64,000 bases of DNA. Origin: Octopus vulgaris (Eukaryota). Positions 56,708-64,000 of the stretch are shown here, piece by piece (the first letter of the stretch is position 1; every line of letters begins with the position of its first letter). The notes below the pieces were generated by a model. That model ran no database searches, had not been told where the DNA came from, and worked only from the letters and a program-made list of their open reading frames with translations. The translations under genes were made by a program, and so were the position numbers. The stretch lies in assembly GCA_951406725.2 (NCBI GenBank), contig OX597832.1, positions 46,252,001 to 46,316,000 on the forward strand, given 5' to 3'.

Positions 56708-57682
56708 CTAGTGGGACCCGTGAATATTTCACGGAATTAATGGAAAACATACTGTGTTATTTCTGAAACCTTTAGCCAATAAACCTGAAAGCGTAGCATG
56801 TGCTGTGTTTGTATGGAAAGAGAGTCGCTCATCTGCTGTTCATTGAAGACTGAAAGAAATTGGATTACGATAACTACTTAGCGCACTTTACATATACACT
56901 TACTATTCTTTATGCATAATTTTGTAGACTTAATACACATAACTCGTATAATAAATATTCACTCTTATTTTACCATAATTTCGTATAAACCAAAAAAAAA
57001 TCAAAGAATATCCAGTACATATGATACAACCTTTAGTTAAATAGCATGCATCTTCTACGTAAATAAGCGTGAATATTTCGCGGAATTGCACTTATGTACA
57101 TGCGTTAATTGATACGTTAATTGATATTAAAAAATTAGTTTAGTTAAAGAAAAATGCAATTTTCACTGTCCAATCACCAACACAACTCCTCCACCACTAA
57201 CACTACCTCCATTTCCACCACCATCATCATCTCCCCTCCTCCTCTTTCGCACTCACTCTAGCGTATATCCGTTCCCCTTCTCTCTCTCTACTCTCTCTCA
57301 GCCTGTCTTTAACCTCACCATCAGAACATCACCACTCTGCTAAAAGTATAGTTTTAACTCTCCTCCTCTACCTTCAACTAACTTTTTCAACCACGTAATA
57401 AATTTACGTTCCTCCCACCACATGTCATGGACGTTTCTCTCTGCTTCTTTTTGTCTCACCTTTCGACTTATCCTCATTTTCTCTCCCTTTTCTTCCTCTT
57501 CTCTTTCCCTTGAATTAATCACGTGAAGGCTCTACAATTACATTCCCTCTACCTCATGTCATTGATGTTTCTCCTTCCCTCTTTTACTCTATCCCTTTTA
57601 CTTTCTCCCTCTATTTCTCTAATCACGTGAAAGCGTTACCGACGGGCTAAGTAACGTAATGACAAGCATAATTATTATAAGA
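56708..57682 (-). mobile_element. Non-autonomous Helitron (~975 bp)
   Basis: Minus strand A|TCttataataat ... ccgtgaa-ata-ttcacgg hairpin, gtccca, CTAG|T; second hairpin copy near 57068. Confidence 0.7.
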
Positions 57683-58433
57683 TGACCAACTTAATAATGT
57701 CACTCCTGATGAAAATAGATCCGAATGATTTAAAAACATGACATTTCGATGCCATCTTCTTCAGTGTCAGAGAAATTAGCTTTTAACTCACAGACTTCGA
57801 CGTAAATGTCGACATAGAACCCTTACCGAAAGATATATCATACTTCCTCAACTATATTCTTCCTCGTATCTGCTGTTGAATAATTTTTTTCTATTTGCAC
57901 TTACCGCAATGCACCCTAACAACATCGATGCAAATAATTACAAGTAAATTTATTCACAGTGAATATCTAATTCAAGAATGCATTTGCATATATTCGAAAT
58001 AATCATTTACACAGAAGAAAATGAAAATAAAAGTAATTATAATTTTCCCCCCAAAATTGCACTTTACATTGGAATGACATACACCAAAATGGCTGATATA
58101 TTGAAAGTTTTCCCAAATTTCTTTTCTTATCTTTTCTTCGTTTTTTTTCGAGGCCTGTTGCTGCTTGTACTAGCGCACAAAAGCACGAAGATTATAGAGC
58201 ACGGAAAGAACTGGGGTTTTTGTATAGTCTCTGACTTGAGAGCCCTGAATCGAATAAAGGTAAAATGAGAGTTCTACAAAAAGAAAGGACGAACAATTCG
58301 TACATTCTTTTCAAGAGCTTAATTATGTTATATCTCATAATATTAGGCATTGTGACAAATTTTTCAGTTTTCAAGATATCTACACATATTGATTCAACAT
58401 ATATACACGGAGTTGACATTAATAATTTTCATC

Positions 58434-58668
58434 AAGACAGCGAGCTGGCAGAAACGTTAGCACGCCGGGCGAAATACGTAGCCGTATTTCGTCTGCCGTT
58501 ACGTTCTGGGTTCAAATTCCGCCGAGGTCGACTTTGCCTTTCATCCTTTCGGGATCGATAAATTAAGTACCAGTTACGCATTGGGGTCCGTGTAATCGAC
58601 TTAATCCGTTTGTCTGTCCTTGTTTGTCCCCTCTCTGTGTTTAGCCCCTTGTGGGTAGTAAAGAAATA
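58434..58668 (+). mobile_element. SINE family A, full length
   Basis: Family match. Confidence 0.92.
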
Positions 58669-59163
58669 TATATAATTTGCTTCCTCTTATTATTCATAAT
58701 GCTCAATACTTGTAGTATGCGTGATCGTACAATTTAAGCGAGTTATTCACAAGTTGCACAATATTGGGTTCGATTCCACAGCTAGAGCTTCGGAAATTTT
58801 CTTCAACTTGCGAATATTTCGTAAATTAAGCCTTGTAGACTGAAACAAAAACCGCGTAAGATAATGATATTTACTTAACCGTTTTGGAATTGGTTTGCAT
58901 AAGCTTTAGTACTAATATCTCGCTCTGAAATTACATTAGTCGATATTGTCTGTGGAGAAATAAATATATATTCACCAGCAGAGGTAGGATCAATGGCAGA
59001 GGGCTTGTGTACCTGGATTAATCTTCTGACGAGTAATATTAAATAATATCCGTTCTATCCGACAATGACAGCGATTTGAACCGTCTTTCAAAGTCTTCAC
59101 ACTTATCATGTTCCTTATTTCACACGTGACGTACCTGGGTCATAGAAAATATATGGTCGATGC

Positions 59164-59195
<32 letters not shown>

Positions 59196-60469
59196 CCCTT
59201 GTAAAGGTATATAAACGAATTCAGAAGTGCTTAACTTATTAAGTAGTCAATGGGATTCCGCATGATTTCTAGGCACGCTAATGTCTTTATTGATGTCATC
59301 TGCCCTTCTATAGATGATGTAGCTTTTGTTCTGCCAGGGTCTCCACATCGTGTCACAAACCAGTGTGTGACCTTAGATCAAAATTGAAAGTTTATATCCT
59401 AAAAGGCCCGACAATTAACACTCTCTATTAGTAGACACGACACACCTGTAGCAGATCATAGTTGATCTTTTGACTAAAGCTACGATTTAGCCACATATTG
59501 CGATATTTCTGATTTTCTCAGTCATTCATTGTTTAAATGTAATAAAAAAAATATTTCCTACAACCGTCTTCCATATAGAGTTTAGAATTCGGAACATTAT
59601 GATTGTTTAATTAAATGCTAATGGCTGAATGTGAATAAACGATGTTAATGCAGTTGTATCGTTGTGGATAAATTCTGTGTCTTTAACACTGTCTTTGTTA
59701 AATCGATATCTCTGTTTAACTGAATATCAATCAAAGTAGTCATCTTTATTTGTATTTCTGGATTTGTTTTCATTTTATGTTTCAATTAAATTTTAATTAT
59801 GATATGAATATTTCTATTTTTTGCTAGCGCTCGTAACGTGATACGTTTATTATCACCACTACTAGTTTACGACAACAACAACGAATACTAATTTTTCTAC
59901 TCTTAATGTTTTAAAGTCGATTACTATTCATAAGAGTAATAATACGGATAAGGTTACCATTACAAATATGACGAATAATACACTCTCTCACATGGCATGA
60001 TACGGCAGTTCGTGTGTACTACACCTCATTATATGATTCTAATTTTCGAGTCCGGCCATCTGTAATCGCGATAGCATTTAATATGGCATTTAATATAACG
60101 TAAACCCTTCAGACTACACAAACACTACTTTTCAATTTTACAGCTAATTTTCTGATTAAAATCACTATTCGTTGATTCCAGGCTGTTGAATATTTGTTTA
60201 AGGTTCAGTTAGAATGAAAACAATTAATGTTCACGACCTTCACAACCCTTTCAAGGTTACTGAGATTCATAAGTTCATGTTCATATGAAATATATCTAAG
60301 GCGTTGAGCTGGCGTTGAGCTTTGCCATACCGCAAATAGTTTACAAACTAATATAGGATTCCTTGCCATCAACTCATCAGAATAGTGTGAATGACGAAGT
60401 ATCGATGGGCACCTCACTGTGTGTATATGACTGACCTGATAGACGTTAGTTGAGAAGGACTTGGGTGAG

Positions 60470-60870
60470 ATTCATAGTCAACATTGCATGTTTTTTTTTT
60501 TCGAATTTCTTAAGGAGACAGGAAAAAACATGCAAAGAAAAACATTTACACTGTTTATCTTAATGCTGTGAATGTTCGGAAAAGAGAAGGAGTTTTAGCA
60601 AATTTATAAAAAAGTAGTTTTGATTTTTGGATGGTCATCGATCAGGAAGACCAACTGTTCTCAATAATAACGCAGAGAGAACAGAGAGAGGAGAAATCCA
60701 CGTCGAAATATCGGAGACCCCGATGCTAAATAAACCTTGGTCCCCTGTACGAAATCATCTGAAGCAGATTGAGAAGACTACACTGAAGCGTAGTGGGTAT
60801 CCCACCAAATGTTGCTCGAGAATAAAAATATGCCTTCAATAATTTGCAACAATTTGCAACGATTTGCTCA
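60470..60870 (+). pseudogene. Mariner transposase N-terminal remnant
   Basis: HCMFF..EFLKG, DGHRSGRPTVLN, RNHLKQI, WVSHQ (WVPH motif) in broken frames. Confidence 0.65.
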
Positions 60871-61384
60871 TACATACATACATACATACATAATACATAC
60901 ATAGAAACATACAGGCATACACACATACATACATACATACATACATACAGAGAAACATACAGACATACACACATACATACATACATACATACATACATAC
61001 ATACATACATACATACATACATACATACATACATACATACATACATACATAGAAACATACAGGCATACACACACACATACATACATACATATATACATAC
61101 ATAGATACATAGAAACATACAGGCATACACACATACATACATGCATACATACATACATACATAGAAACATACAGGCATACACACATACATACATACATAC
61201 ATACATAGAAACATACAGGGATACACACATACATATATACAAACACACATACATACATACACACACACATACATACATACATACATACATACATACATAC
61301 ATACACACATGCATACATATATACATACATACATACATGGAAACATACAGGCATACACACATACATACATATATACATACATAC
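60868..61384. repeat. (CATA)n tract with higher-order unit gaaacatacaggcatacacac
   Basis: About 7 recurrences separated by variable numbers of CATA. Confidence 0.92.
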
Positions 61385-61497
61385 AAACAAAAATACTCTT
61401 GTTGATGGTAAAATTCCAATGAAGGAGCCTTGGATCTAGGTTAGAAACCGGCTCTTTCTCTACTGGCAAGAAATCTTGAAATAAAACTGAAAAATGA
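61385..61497 (+). mobile_element. ~110-bp repeat embedded in (CATA)n, copy 2
   Basis: Matches 2878-2986. Confidence 0.8.
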
Positions 61498-62533
61498 CAT
61501 ACATACATACATACATACATACATACGTCCGTACGTACGTACGTACATACATACATACGTACATAGTGGTCTATGACATACGTACTATCGTATAAGTTTA
61601 TCGACACCACAAATTATACATATCGTTGATCACGCACGTATCCCACGCCATTTGCAATATTTTCCCATATTAATAAATGATCTACCTTATTATTAATTGG
61701 CGAGGAATACAGATATGAAATAATGGCGTGTGGATGGGTGTAGATATTGGAAGAATTTGGATGAGAAATACAATGCAAGAGAAGTCTGAAGAGAGAATAT
61801 GGACAAAGAAATAGACATAGAGAGAGAGTCAGAGTATGAGAGAAAGAGGGAAAGAAGATACCATCAAATGATAAAGCCTTAATTTATTAGAAGGATATAA
61901 AAGGATATAAACATAGCGACTAATATCCGCAATCTATAAATTCCGCTACAATAACGATAATTATATTTTAATTAAATTTCATTAAAGTGGAAATTTCCAT
62001 CAGTGAGAATGTGAAATTGTTCAATTAAACTATACTCTTGTTTCTTTCATTCACTCTCTCCTTCATCCCTTATTCTTTCTTCCCCTCTCTTCATCCCTCT
62101 CCTGCAATTTTTCCCCAGTCTTATATCTATTTCATTTTCTGTCTCTGTCTCTCTTTCTCTCTGTCTCTCCTTCTGTATATCTCTGGATATATTCTCTAAA
62201 TAGTCATCTTACCTACTCATGTGTACACGCTGCTAACATCATGGCAATTATCGCCTTGATTTAATAGACTTTCAATAACATCACCGCTATCTAAACAATT
62301 ACTTCTCAGATATTATTACCTGTGTGTTTATCAATGTCAGATTTATCTGGCTCATTCGCACAAAATTCTCGGTCTATGGAACCAAAGGTCGTGAGCTTAT
62401 ATCACGCTACAGACGCATCATCGTATATTTTCATATAATATTTACTATTCAGTGACGCAGTGATGAAATTCAGAGATATGCCCCAGGCAACAGAATGTAG
62501 TCGGTGTGTGTGCGTGTGTGTGTGAGTGTGAGC

Positions 62534-62585
<52 letters not shown>

Positions 62586-62606
62586 GTGTGTATCTATCTA
62601 TCTCTA

Positions 62607-62641
<35 letters not shown>

Positions 62642-63290
62642 TTAGATAGATAGATATTGGAACTAAGCCAACATCGACCCTCATCTCTCTACTAGAACTT
62701 ACTTTATCGATCCGGAAATGATGAATTCGAACTTAGTACCATCAAGCATTTCCCAAATTTCTTAACGATCTCTCCTCGTTATAATATAATATAATGTAAT
62801 ATAATATTAAAATATTACTATCAGTAATAAGAAATTCTAGGAAGAGGTGAAGGGCAGAAGGCCTTCAAGGTGAATCTGTTCCCTTTTCATGCAAGTGTTT
62901 AAAGTCACCGGACAGCATCCAGGTATTGACACATGCAGAGCACAACCATTGCTGTCACATTCTCCTGTGCTGCTATATGAATTGCAATTTACTTCTTCCA
63001 AGGGGTTCAAGGTAATCCCCAAAACAAGGTATACTGGTTACCGCAATAAATTTTGTTTGAGACACCTTTTGAACGTAAGGTATATTATGCCTTTTCAAAT
63101 ATACTTTTATTTTGCCTTGGCCAGATACAGCTGAAGTTCTTCTCAGTTGCTTCTGAAATATAATACACATAATATAACGGGAATATAATATGAAATGCAA
63201 AATATAGTCAAAATATTGGATAAATACAGCATCCAAACAAAATAAACACAATCTAATACTAAAATATAATGCAGTTATATAATTTTGTCA

Positions 63291-63605
63291 TCTCTCTATA
63301 TATAAACGACAAAATGTATCTCTGTGTGTGCTTACTTTATACAAATCACAATTGTTCAGTTAGAGGGCTCGCATTTTCTATGGTCATTCAAACCGTCCAA
63401 GGGTAGTAATGCACATCTTTACATTTCCCCAGTCACCCTGCAAAGCCATTAATAAAAATCAATAGAAGTGACTTTTTTGTGAATTTTTTATCCAAAACCC
63501 AATCAAAATGCCCGAAACTTGATACGCCAATTGAATGCCAGCTAGCTGTATGTGATTGGTTGGAGATTTGGACAGTACTCGCGTGTTGCCGGGTCATAGT
63601 GCTAG
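63291..63605 (+). mobile_element. Short non-autonomous Helitron
   Basis: A|TCtctctatatataaa start; imperfect GC hairpin then CTAG|T end. Confidence 0.65.
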
Positions 63606-63762
63606 TTTTAATATAAAACAATAATATTACCACCGGTAGGTCAATAACTAGTAGGTTCCGTAGAGCATAGAGTTTAGATGGTTCCTTTCTGTGCCCCTTC
63701 GGAATTGTCGCCAGTCGAGTGCCATTTTGTCGTTTGATGCGGTAGAAGAGATCAAATATATT

Positions 63763-63998
63763 ATATTTCTTTATTGCCTACAAGGGGTTAAACATAGAGA
63801 GGACAAGCAAGAACAGACAAGCTGATTAAGTCGATTATATCGACCCCAGTGCGTAACTGGTACTTATTTAATCGACCCCGAAAGAATGAAAGGCAAAGTC
63901 GCCCTCGGCGGAATTTGAACTCAGAATATAGCGGCAGACGGAAAAACCGCTAAGAATTTCTCCCGGCGTGCTAACGTTTCTGCCAGCTCCCCGCCTTA
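63763..63998 (-). mobile_element. SINE family A, full length
   Basis: Reverse-complement family match. Confidence 0.92.
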
Positions 63999-64000
63999 AG

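Noticed and set aside
60868-61384. CRISPR-like repeat with variable spacers
   Set aside because: Spacers are only CATA units; eukaryotic context, no cas genes.

Overview
AT-rich, microsatellite-saturated eukaryotic DNA. The repeat families (tRNA-derived SINEs, R4/Dong, RTE, CR1-type LINE, mariner/maT, Helitron, Penelope-like ends) and huge (TA)n/(CATA)n/(TAA)n tracts suggest a coleoid cephalopod, probably Octopus; this is an inference. No intact host protein-coding gene could be supported, and nearly all listed ORFs are microsatellite or SINE artefacts, so the window reads as intergenic or deep intronic. Most notable: (1) at least seven minimal hammerhead-ribozyme-like motifs in Penelope/retrozyme-like remnants, including a tandem pair and three fold-back palindromes that break in or near the ribozyme; (2) SINE multimers sharing one junction in the anticodon-arm equivalent; (3) a 109-bp inverted templated insertion copied from 6.7 kb away; (4) a two-copy TIR element carrying TTAGGG repeats; (5) two visible SINE-LINE 3'-tail partnerships. 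SINE family labels A-D are my own. Coordinates were read by eye and may be off by a few bases.
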